DNA of 64,000 bases from assembly GCF_026210795.1 (NCBI RefSeq), contig NC_089434.1, forward strand, positions 5,208,001-5,272,000. The letters are read 5' to 3'. Below, piece by piece: positions 52,341-64,000 of this stretch. This DNA is from Rhizophagus irregularis. Lineage: Eukaryota. A program made the translations under genes and the position numbers. The notes beneath the pieces were generated by a model that worked only from the letters and a program-made list of their open reading frames with translations, ran no database searches and was not told the DNA's origin. The stretch's first letter is position 1, and each line of letters starts with the position of its first letter.

Positions 52341-53182
52341 TATGTAGTACAATATCTTTTACATTATACAGAAATGCAAATTTGAGTAATAGATTAATAT
52401 ATGGAAAAAACTTAAAAATTGTTAATGAATATAATTAAAATAAAAACAATATATAAAATTTATTTCATATAATTCAAATTAGGGTTTCTTAAAATTAAAT
52501 CAAATTAAATATGAAATTAATTTGAATTTGTCAAATCAAATTAAATTCAAATCAAATGTTAAATATTAAATCAAATTGTAGAATTTTAATTCAAATATCA
52601 ATCAAGTTTTTATTCTTATAGTGGTAACTAGTAAATTAATGTTAAAAATATATCAGTATGTTTAATAAGCTAATAAAATTTATTATATAGATATATCATT
52701 ATTCTTTAAATTAAATAATATTTTATTTACATTTATTTATACTATAATATAGCTAAAGCTTTACTTCTTGAAATAATTGCAATGTCAAATCAAACTAAAA
52801 AATCTTGCCTTTAACATTTAAGTATTATTAAAAAATTTTGCCTAAAAGATTTTTTTTAAATGTGATTCTATAATCAGTTTACAAATTATTAGAAAACTTA
52901 TATATATTATGTAATTATTAAAGGAGAGAAAAGGGGTAATCAAAATCTTACATTACATTTAATAAAATTATATAATTTATAAATATTATAATTTGATTGG
53001 TTATTAAATCTGACAAGAAGGGGGAAGAGAAATAAGTTTAAATATTATATAATATATGTAATTCCTCTTATTATAGATGATATTACTATTAAAAAAAATG
53101 CAATTAGTAATACTTTCAAATTTGCTTCTATATATATTTCATATTTTACAGATATACTGGTGTTAGTTATGAAATATAAATT

Positions 53183-54104
53183 ATTGTCTGGAGCGAAGCG
53201 AAGGACTATATATGTTTATGAACCTTAATAACATATTGGATCACGTGGTGATGTCCATTTGTATGCACGCGTCATTTTTGATTAGTCCGCACAAATTGTG
53301 TTATTAAAATTTTGTGCTACTTCAAAAATAAACAAGTGTAATAATCATAATAAGTTTATGATAAACATGATTACCTGATAATCTCTTTTTTTGTTTGGTT
53401 TCGTCTAGTGAGTATATTTTTTTTTAATTGACTTTAAAGGAATGTTTTGATTTATTTCTTATTCTTTTTCTAGGGTTTCTGGATTTCTTGTACATACTGG
53501 ACTTTAAAAGTAAATTAGGAAGTGAAGGGTTTTTTATTTGTTTAACTTTAAAGAAACGTTTCTAACGTTTCATTTCTTACTTTTTTCCTGAGGTTTCTGG
53601 ATTTTTTGTATATACTGGACTGGTAAGTTGTTTTTTTTATTTGTTTTGCTTTAAAGAACGTTTCTAACATTTCACTTATTATTATTTCTAAGGACACGGG
53701 ATTTTTGTACACGCCAGATTTTTAAAGGTAAATTGGCTTTTCTTATTTGTTTGACTTTAAAGAAACGTTTCTAACATTTTATTTCTTACTTTTATCCTAG
53801 GGTTTCTGGATTTCTTGACTGGTAAGTTGTTTTTTATTTGTTTTGTTTTAAAGAAACATTTTTAACGTTTCATTTTTATTTTTTTTATCTAGGAACGTGG
53901 ATTTTTGTATATGCCAGACTTTTAAAAGTAAATTGTGAAGAGGGGCTTTTCTTATTTGTTTAACTTTAAAGAAACGTTTCTAATGTTTCATTTTTTATTT
54001 TTTTTAGGGATGCCAGATTTTTTGTACAAATTGAATTTTTAAAGATATTTGGATTTTTGTACAAAATCTTTCACTCCGGACTTACAACGGTTTCCGTTTT
54101 CTAG
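53183..54104 (+). mobile_element. Non-autonomous Helitron/Helentron-like element containing an intron/micro-exon tandem array
   Basis: 5' GTCTGGAGCGAAGCGAAGGAC; 3' CTCCGGAC (inverted to the 5' end), AACGG-TTT-CCGTT hairpin, then CTAG|T. Confidence 0.65.
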
Positions 54105-54220
54105 TTATATTAATAAAAATGATAAAATAAAAATAATTAATAAATTTAAAGAGATTTATTTTTAAAATTTAAAAATAAAACAATTAATAAATATAATAAA
54201 TTTTCTACTAGTTTATATTA

Positions 54221-54432
54221 TTAGTCCAGAGTGTAGCGAAGGACTCTATATGTTCTAGCTGTGGTAGTACAAAATATCTCATTGTTCATCCACTTGTTCT
54301 TTGAGTTAACGTTTAATTAGTTCTTATATTACTATATTACATGAAATTATTTCGATCAGTTAATTGAGCATGTGATTATCTACCTATATACTGATAAGCT
54401 CTGGACTACGCAACGGTTTACCGTTTTCCTAG
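54221..54432 (+). mobile_element. Short second member of the same Helitron-like family
   Basis: 5' GTCCAGAGTGTAGCGAAGGAC; 3' CTCTGGAC...AACGGTTTACCGTT...CTAG|T. A third 5' end lies at ~56640. Confidence 0.6.
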
Positions 54433-54459
54433 TAGTAAATACTCTTAATTACAATGGTA

Positions 54460-54643
54460 CAGTCAAACCTTTATATAACAATATGTCAGGACATATATGA
54501 AATTTTTAGAAAATATCATTATATTAAAGTTATACCGATATTTATATGTCCTCACATATAGTGGGAAAATAAAATTTTATCAGTATAACAAGTTTTTAAT
54601 AGTATATCAGTATATCAAATATCAGTATATTGAGGTTAGACTG
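54460..54643. mobile_element. pogo-like MITE
   Basis: TA|CAGTCAAACCTTTATATA ... TATATTGAGGTTAGACTG|TA. Confidence 0.8.
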
Positions 54644-55860
54644 TATACTGAATAATAATTGTAAAATGGGTCTTCATAAGAGGATGACAAGTGGTTTGGG
54701 ATTTACTAAAATTTTTGTATACTTCATGCTTATATTTCAAATTTATTTTTTTCTAATAAAGTTTCAAATACACTGCAGTCAGCAAAAAAAAAAAAATATA
54801 ATTGTGGAATAGAAAAAAAAATTTGGCAATAATATATAAATTATATATATTAATCACACTCAAATTATATAAAAAAAATTATATTTAATCAAATTCAAAT
54901 ATTTAATTTAATTCAAAATTTTGATCTTATTATTACTTTTATGAATTCTTTTTATTGTAAAAAATTACTTTTTATTACTTAGGCGTAATTATATTAAGAC
55001 AAGATCGCATCTATAAAAAAAAAAAGAAATATTAATATTATCAATGTCAAATACAATTTAAATAAAAAAATTTTTTTTAACCCGGGGTACACGCGAACAC
55101 ACCCTACACACCCTGTTTTTGTTACACAAGATCCGTACCACTTTTTTAGAAATAAAATAAAACATACGCGTGGTTTTTTATTCCACATCTCTTTTATTCC
55201 ACCACTCTTTTTAACTAAATAATTTTTAGCCGGTTTGTGGCAATTTGAGTACTTGGCGCTGACCCGACTAACATAACATTCAAAACTTTCGACCACTTCA
55301 GGTTTGTCGTTATTAAAATTAGTTGCGTCCATAGTTTTGTTTCCAGTTTTTGTTATCTCAAGTTAGACTGTACCAAAAATCGGTTAGAGCGTATGTTTTA
55401 TTTTATTAGATATAGACAAGTAATTATTATAAATTTGAAGTGGATTATCATATTATCATTTAAAGCGTTTATAATAATAATATATCTCATCTATTAGAAA
55501 CGTGCGTTCGTACCAACAGTGCCAAAAGCCTTTCAAATTTTATACTTAATCGCGGGCCAATAACTCTCGTAATAAAGAAAATTCCCCCAAATCACCAATT
55601 ATTCCTTTAGATCTCAGTGTGCAACAATTTTTAGAAAATCCAACCAGATTCGATGCTAAGGTATCAGATGATAATACGTTTCAAAAATCAACTTCGTGAT
55701 GTTAACAATCGCAATTTTTTCCTTAAAAAAAAGTCTGGTAAAGTACGTTCAAATACCTTAACTGTACCTTGCGCACTAAATATGGGTCTAAACCCATTAC
55801 GTAAGTTATACGTCATTAATTAATTGAAGTTCAAATCATTCATAAGCCGGGTAATTAATT

Positions 55861-56323
55861 ATTAATGTATTTGATTATTGTTCAGTATATTACCTACAGA
55901 AGATAACGGAAAATAAGGGAAATGAGAAGTTATATATTAATCCATTAAATCGAAAGGTAATTGTTCGGCTGAGATTTTACGCATAAAACATCGTTACATC
56001 GTCTCTTGCTTTAAATTTAATTCTCTTTTAAAAATTCTTGAAAATAGGAGTTTCGGAATCCCAAAAGTACATATTCACCGGCCATAACGAAACCTAAGCC
56101 ACCAAGACCGAAAAGTCCTTTACCATCACATGTCATTAAAGCTAATCCTGATTATAAAGAACCATATATACCGGTGACTGAGTTACCAATGTTTAGCGTA
56201 AAATCTCAGACGAACAATTACCTTTCGATCTAATGGATTAGTTTTGAATCTATAACCTCTCATTTCCGTTATTTTACACTCTTCTGTAGGTAATATACTG
56301 AATATCAACATCAAATACATTAT
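55861..56323. mobile_element. Foldback/MULE-like element with ~135-bp imperfect inverted arms
   Basis: TTCAGTATATTACCTACAGAAGA...TCGAAAGGTAATTGTTCG.CTGAGATTTTACGC (55881-55982) mirrored at ~56197-56302. Confidence 0.75.
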
Positions 56324-57289
56324 AAAATAAATAAAGAATTATTCCTCTCTTTTGTTTTAATGTTCCAAGTGTGATTATAAGTTGAACCATAACACATATA
56401 TATATTTACCAATTTAAATAGAAAATTGGATTCATTATTTTGATCATATCCTTAAATATAATAACACTTACAATAATGTATTATTTGCTTATTATATTTA
56501 TAATGTAATATTCGCTAATATCTTTACTTTACTTTTTGTTAATTTATAATGTAATATTCGCTAATTATTGCTAATATCTTTATTTACTTTTTGTTAATAA
56601 TACGCAGCATATTCCAAACAAAAAAAATTGTTGCTAATTGTCCAAGCGAAGCGAAAAATCGATCACTCTGTCCGCCATGTGATCGTCACCCATTGAAATG
56701 GCAAATTTTAATAAAAAATGTTTAATATTTTAATAAAACGATTCTTTTTTTTTCAATAAAAACGAAATTTTTATTTAATATACCGGACTTGGACTTCATA
56801 ATAAGTTGTGAGAATTGGAATTAGAGAGTAGGAGTTTAGGAATGTTAGAAATTTAACTTTTATTTTTTTCTTATGGCAACTAAAATCAATTCTGTATTTC
56901 AGAATATTTTTTTAATCGTAAATTTATATTAATATTGCAAAGAATTTTAGGTTAATAAAAATTATAAATAATATTTTAATTACTTCGATTTATTTTTTTA
57001 AATCACATATATTTTTATAATTTTTTTTTTAAAATACCAAATTAGGGTAACAAATAAAAAAGTACATATAATCATATAATTGTGGTGTGAAATAGAAAAA
57101 AAAATTATACAGTATAGAGCGGGATATTACGGTATTAATATGACCCGCATTTCAAAATAAAATTATATTTAGTAAAATTTTTTAAAACATATAATTAACG
57201 CTAAATTGAATTTATTGTTCCAACTAAATCTATTGAAGTTTTTGCTTAAATAGTACAAAGAGATCCAGTAAATTGTTACTATAATTTGT

Positions 57290-58540
57290 TACTATAATTC
57301 TATTATTTTGTAAGTTCTTCTAATCTATTTTGAGCTTTTCGATATTCTTGTTTAGCTGTTTAGCTACCAGTAAATTGCTGTATCTAGATCTTTTTCAGCT
57401 CCGTCTCCTTTTTCAAACTTCAAAGCAGGATTATATTGTGCCGCCTTTTCTCCTACATTTGCAGCCTCAATTCAGCTGCCTTTTGCTTATTAACATTAAT
57501 TCCAAATTCCAATATCCCAACGTAGTGATTCCTTTTAAATACCCTTCTTCAGCTGATCTTTTACATAATTCAAAAGCTTTTCGATAATCTTTATCATCAC
57601 CTCCTCTGATATATAAAAGACCAAGATTATGCATAGCCATCAAATGTCCATTATTTGCAGCTTTTCATAAAAATATACAGCCATTTTTAAATTTTTATTG
57701 ACAATTTTACCAGTTTCATAAAACCAACCTAAATTAAATTGTCCCCATTGCACAATCTTTTTTGGCTACTTTTTCATGATGTAAAAATGCCTGCATTTCA
57801 TTCTTTTGGAGTTCCAATTCCAGATTGATAACATTTTCCATTAAAATATTATGCTAATATTTGATTCTCTTCTGATACACTCTTAAATGCTCTTTCTTCA
57901 TCTTTGATTGTTCCAATTCCATAATAATTAAAATATCCAAGTAAAAAGATTGATTCTGCAGTAGTTTGATTATTTGATAACCAATTATAAATTTCATTTG
58001 GATTATTTATTTGTTCTTTTGCAATTATCAATTCTCTTTCACTTGTATTCATATTATCGTTATTGGAATTTTGGATCTGGCAAACAAATAATACTTTTAA
58101 TCTATTAACAACTTCATGTATAGTTGGTCATTTGCTTGGTTCATTATTCCAGAGTGGAATAATTGTTAGGAGTATCAGGAATAATTTCTTCTCTTCGGTC
58201 TTGTGAAATGTCATAGATTAAACCAATCTTATTTATCTCTTCATGAAATGGTAGTTTCCCACTTGATATTTCTCAAATAAAACGTCAATACTATAAACAT
58301 CGCTCTTTTTATCTAATTTTAAATTATTATTATTCATTAATACTTTAGGGAGACATATTAAGTAATTTCGCTTGCGAATTAGATGCCTCATCGATCCTTT
58401 TTGCCGATGAACCAATACATTACAGGAATGCTATTATAATATATAAAAAAATTTAATTAATGTAATTCATAAAATATTTTATTAATTTATTAAAAAAATT
58501 ACCAAGTCTCGGTGAACAATTTCTTCATCATGCAGACATA
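57290..58540 (-). pseudogene. Tyrosine-kinase-like kinase + Sel1-repeat gene fragment
   Basis: CLHDEEIVHRDL|intron|HSCNVLVH, KKSDVYSI, EIIPDTP, PTIHEVVNRLK, then FLLGYFNYYGIGT, GQFNLGWFYETG and AMHNLGLLY Sel1 repeats; many frameshifts. Confidence 0.85.
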
Positions 58541-61500
58541 GTAAGTGAAATAGAAAAAAAAAATATTTCATTTTTATAATAAGAAATTAAATATATAGAG
58601 CGGGATATTACGGTATTAATATGAAAGAATTATCTCGCATTTCAAAATAAAATTATATTTAGTAAAATTAAGTAAACCGAAAATATTTCAACAAATTTTT
58701 TTTTTATAAATCGGATCGGTAAGCCATATGCCCCAATACTGAGCTGGAAAAAAAAAAAATTTTAAAAAAAATGATGTTAAAAAGTCTATAATATTTTTGT
58801 AAATGGTGATATAACCCACTAAGAAAACGACTTGAAACATTTATAGCTTCAAAATATCATACCTAAAAAAGACGCAAATATCATCGTTTTTCCATGTTGT
58901 ATCTAATTATCAAATTTGTCAAGTCGATAATTAAAGCCGTAAAAATTCGGGTTGGATATCATAGTTCCTCGTCATTAATTTTGTGAAAATTGGTAGTAAT
59001 AACCGAACTATCTTAAGTGGCTTTATTTTTTTTTGATTGTAAGGATGGCAAAAAATCACTTTATTTATACTTCTTTGATTTTGCTGATTCATGCCTTATT
59101 TCGGTGATTGGATTAACGGCAATAAATTAATTCCTCAGCCGCAAGGTATTTTTCCCACTGTGAAAAAACTTTTTCATTTGTATTATATTATAATCAGTAC
59201 ATCTATACTAGCTACACAGCCCCTCTTCCCGAGATATGGCTTAGCTTTCAATAATCACAAATATCTAGGAAATTCATCTAAATAATTCACATTTTTGTTT
59301 GTTGTTTCTGATTTAGATCTCTTCGATTTCCTTGTGAATAAACCCGGGAACAAGCGCTATCATCATTTTCATCATAACCCACACCACCACCTTCAGCAGC
59401 AACGCCCACACTGCCACCATTATATTCTTCCGTAAATAAGATCATGCATCATCTCTCTCACGTTCACGATTTCTCGATGTCATTTCCGGAGCCGTGGATC
59501 GCAGATTGCTGATTTAAATATCGAGATTTGAGAACTTTAATCTATCTTTATCGTCCGTAAAAATATCAGCAAAAAAAAAGTCACGCCTGTAAAAGTGATC
59601 AAATCAATCATTTTAGTAAATATTATGATAGATCGTTAAGGATAATAGGATCATTATATTCTATTATTCTAATATGCTCTTTAAAAGTAACAAACCTCGG
59701 TCGAGTATATTTGGGATTTGAATGATAATGATACTCTTTTATCCTCTATAATAAATATCAAATTGTATTTTTAGATTAGGTTTAATTGATATATTTAATT
59801 TATCTCGCTGCATAGAACAGTGCACAATCTTTTTCATAAATAATGAAAGTAATCGTGTAATACCTTTATTACTAATAAGCAGTTATCCTGCTCAAATGGA
59901 AATAATCCACCGTAAAAGACCTAGAGAATAAAAAGGTTTAATAATTGTGAATAATTATGATGAAAAATTAAACAAAAGGAAGAAATCAACTCGAACAAGC
60001 TTCGCTGTTTTCTTTGTTAAAGTATTTTAATCAATCAAATCTTTATTTTATCTCTTTAGTCGATTATTTCTGAGTTTTCTACGTGTTTTAATTCTTCAAT
60101 TGTTGAATAACTCATTAATTCCACAACTATTGTGCGTGTTCTTTGAGTTCTCAATATTCTTGATTCTTTTTATTTCTTACTCAAGGAATTTATTTATTAT
60201 AACCTTTATCTTCACCAACATTATTTATTGACGCATTATTATCTAATAAATATAACATTACTAATGAATGTTCGGGCAGAAATCTTTTGGAAAATAATCG
60301 TATCTGAGAACGTTGTTACATACTGATCCTAAAAATTCATTGGCCATTGTTGTTACACTGATTCTAATGGTTGGCCATACACATGGCGGGACGGAAATTA
60401 CATGTACAGTACTTTCAAAAATAATAATGAGTGTGTATTTTAACTATTTTCATTATAAGGACGTTTCGATGAGCTAATTGTTTGAGTATGTACTTGTTTT
60501 TCTTTCGCATTCTTTAAATAAAAGCATCACACTTGATAAAGGAGTATAAAAACATAAAATTATTGAATAAATGCAAGGAATCTTTTATCAGGTTTCTATT
60601 TATGCTATTAATAGTTGTAAGAGTAATGTAAACTATTAAGTATTTCATGTTAAAACCTATGACCGCCATATTGAGGTACCATTAATATTATTTTATTATA
60701 TTGAATTGTTATTTTCAAAAAAAAATATGATGAGGAATTATCAGATTTTGAAACTAAAAAATTACACCTTTAACAGCTGAAGATGTTGAATTTAGAAAGA
60801 AAAGTTTTTGTTGTAAATACCGATTTTATGTTTTAGCTAAATAATTTTAAGATATTTCCCAAATAAATTGTGATTAAACAAATTTTTAATAACTGCAAAA
60901 GAGTTCATATATAAAAATACTGCTGATTAAGTAATAATGATAAGTGTAAAAAGCTGATTGTTAATTTTTCAATTGTCTTAAAAGGAATTATTTTAAATAA
61001 AAACTCTATTATATTAGGAGTAGTCGCACGGAATGTTTATGCGATGAAAGTCTATATCATAAAATCTAATTAAAAAAATAAATCCATATAACATTCTTTT
61101 CAAGATTATAATATCATTATTACTTCATCTAGCGCAACAACTTTAACAAATGAGCTTTAAATTAATGTTTATAAGTTTGTCAAGTTTAGAATCTTCTGAA
61201 GGATTACCAATTATCTGACTATACTCATTTGGTTTTTGAACGCATTTTAGAGACTTTGAAGTTCGATAAATATGTTTTTGTATATGGGAAATTAGTGGGT
61301 TGAACATTAATTAAGTTCAAACACAGCCATTAAGAGTTTTAATGGCCTCTCGACCTTTTTTTTCTTCCATGACTTATACCATTTTTTCTCGGAGCTCATG
61401 TTGTATAATTTTTCTTTGAGTTCATGTCGCAACAATTTGTTTGTGATTTGATTACAAATAACATAATTTTATATTTCTTTGAGATCGTCCTATGAAAAGG

Positions 61501-64000
61501 AATTCCGGAATTGGAATCGATAGTATCCGGAGTCTTTCACATTTTAGGATGACCGAAATATTTTACATTTTCTGGAAGATTTAGACATATTTTTGTAGGG
61601 TAGACAAATTCAATTGCATGCACGTTTATGCACGTTTAGCTGACAAAATGACTTAGTACCCGATCCAGAGATTTACGTACGGTAAGATTGAGCCTAACAA
61701 AGCCTAACAAAGCCCCCTATTGAAGCTTAGTAATTTTTTAAAATCAAAGCCATAATCAATTTGCATATCCGCATGCGCATTTAGCCATAAAATGGCTTAG
61801 TACCTGCAACCGAATATTTGAGAGGCAATCTGATAAGAGCTTGACCTAATCACCCGAAAGAGGATTGTATATTCGAGTAAATGACACAAAGCATGATCAG
61901 ATCGATCGGCGGTGCAGATTTTTATTTTTGTAAATGCCAAAATTTTTTACTCCACGTGATTTTCACAAAAAATTTTTATATTAAATAGTGTTAAATAATT
62001 TAATACAAGAATGTCAAAATGTCAAATGAAAACATTTAAACTGGATGTCATAACTGAATGGATTCCAATATAATAATTTTGGAAATATTAAATTCATAAC
62101 AAAAGGCGCTTCTTGATTTACTTTATTTATTCTTAGGATTAATAAAGAGATAAATGCATCACTACTAATTTTACAAATGGGAACATTTTATTTCTTTAAA
62201 TAATAAAATATATACAGTATGTATAAATTCTTTCCTTTAAATAATTTTACCTAAATCTTATTAGAGAAATTTCTGAAGAAGTAGAACATGAACATGAGGA
62301 AGTGAATGACGACGAACGACTTGAGGAGGAGAGCTACGAAGAGGGAGAGGAAGAAAAGGGGGTGAAATACTAGGGGAGGCGAGCTACGAAGGGGAAAGGG
62401 TTGGATCTTTTTTTTTTTACAAAAAGGAGGACAGACAACTAATTCTATAATGCATGGTTCTAACTATATAACATATTTTTAGAATTATTGATAAGTTTGT
62501 CACTTGGATCATACTAGAATCAAGTAAACCTGCTAAGATATCGAAATTATGCCTTTTTTTTGTACATTTTTATTTAGTGATAGGATAGGCCGAGATGTTA
62601 TTTCATTAAGAGAGATCATATCGATCTTATAATTTTAATTTGTAATAAAAGTATCGATAAAGTTTTTTCAGGAATCAAAAGGAAATAACGTGATGCGAAG
62701 GATTATTGGGGATAAACAAAATTTATTTTCACAGACAATGTCATATATAGTATGGATCATTATTATTATTAACTGGAATAATTATTATCATTATTCCAGA
62801 GATCAAATAATGATAATTTAAATTTTGAGCCGGATCAGACCAGGCTCATAGAATAGTATGAAAAGAGGGACGTTTTGCAACTGGAAGAATTATTATGAAT
62901 GGGATAATTATTATCATTATTCGATGGGGTAGTTGCAGCGATCGAATAATGATATTTAGTACGAAAAATTTTATTTAGAAAAGTGAAAATTTGATAACGA
63001 ATAAAAATTTAATTTTGTGTGCATTATATGTTGTTTTTTTCTTGCGTCTTTCGACTTTCTTCGGTTCTATTTATAATGTAAAAAATCTATTATAATAATT
63101 GCCTGTATGCCATATTTAGTTTTCTTTTAATTTCTAATTTAATGAAATAAACTTGAGAATAAAAACAATATTCCGAATTGCACATAACAGGATATTTCTG
63201 TGACTACACAAAATTTAAAAAATTCTCTATTTATTCTCTTTAAACGAATTTGTCTCCCGGGTATGGCAATAATTGACCCTGATTAACTCTAATCATTCCA
63301 TAAATTGAAAGTTCAGCCGATATTTCTTGTAAAAAAAAGGATAAATAAAAATAAAATTAGTAATAATAATTACAATCACTTATTTCTTTCAATTAAATAT
63401 TGTTGTTTTCATCTTCAAAAAAAAAAAAATTTAATCAGTTAGTTATTTATTACACGAAATTAACATGATAGTATTACTATTTTAATTGGAGTTGTAAACG
63501 GAGATCCAATTTGGAATACTTTATACGTTCAAAATTTTATTTGTGCTGGAAAAGATTAAATAAGTACAAAAAACAAAAGAATTTATTGATTTAGGAAGAG
63601 CTTATAGATTAAATTAGTAAAAAAAAAACACGGGCCAATTTATTAATCGTATTATTTAAATTATCCAACTCCGGCAATACTATTTTAATATATTTATCCC
63701 GCCTGAAATTCTTCTTTCAATTTGAGCGTTCCATTCTCTCTCATTCAGGGAATATAGCGATTCGATAATTAATCGATCTTTGTGCGATATATAGTGCATA
63801 ATAATGTTTCGGGAATTTGTTTACCCGTTCTTATTATGGAATATCATTGACAAGATAACATCATTTGTATTAATTATTATTCAGAAAACAATGAACAAAA
63901 AATATAAGGAAATTAATTAATCCCTTAAAACAGTAGACAGCCGTTGAAATATATATGCAATAGGGCCTTTCTTTCGAAGCTAAATCTCGTTTGTTCAAAT

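Noticed and set aside
1..64000. tRNA/rRNA genes
   Set aside because: None recognised by eye; a tRNAscan-SE/Infernal run would be needed to exclude them.

Overview
AT-rich eukaryotic DNA with short GT-AG introns, most consistent with an arbuscular mycorrhizal fungus such as Rhizophagus (inferred from the kinase-Sel1 relic, transposon landscape and intron style). The main feature is a GC-richer, intron-free, gene-dense block at ~702-10955. It combines a retroelement-type Gag (capsid + CCHC knuckle) and aspartic protease, with two identical A9-GTGA slippery sites and no RT/RNase H/integrase, with a full-length (~1106 aa) asfarvirus-like family B DNA polymerase broken only by three in-frame stops. 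It also carries an HTH protein, a coiled-coil tail-anchored protein, a C3H zinc-finger protein and a Polinton-type pPolB C-terminal fragment, and ends in a perfect 62-bp palindrome fused into a hAT transposase. The rest is mostly TE debris (hAT, MULE, pogo/Tc1, Sola-like and Helitron-like elements, an RNase H-bearing non-LTR relic), tandem arrays, a DUF1769 pseudogene divergent from a small 3-exon D-box gene, a kinase-Sel1 pseudogene, and a Helitron-like element with six tandem intron/micro-exon units. All family assignments come from motif recognition by eye, not database searches.
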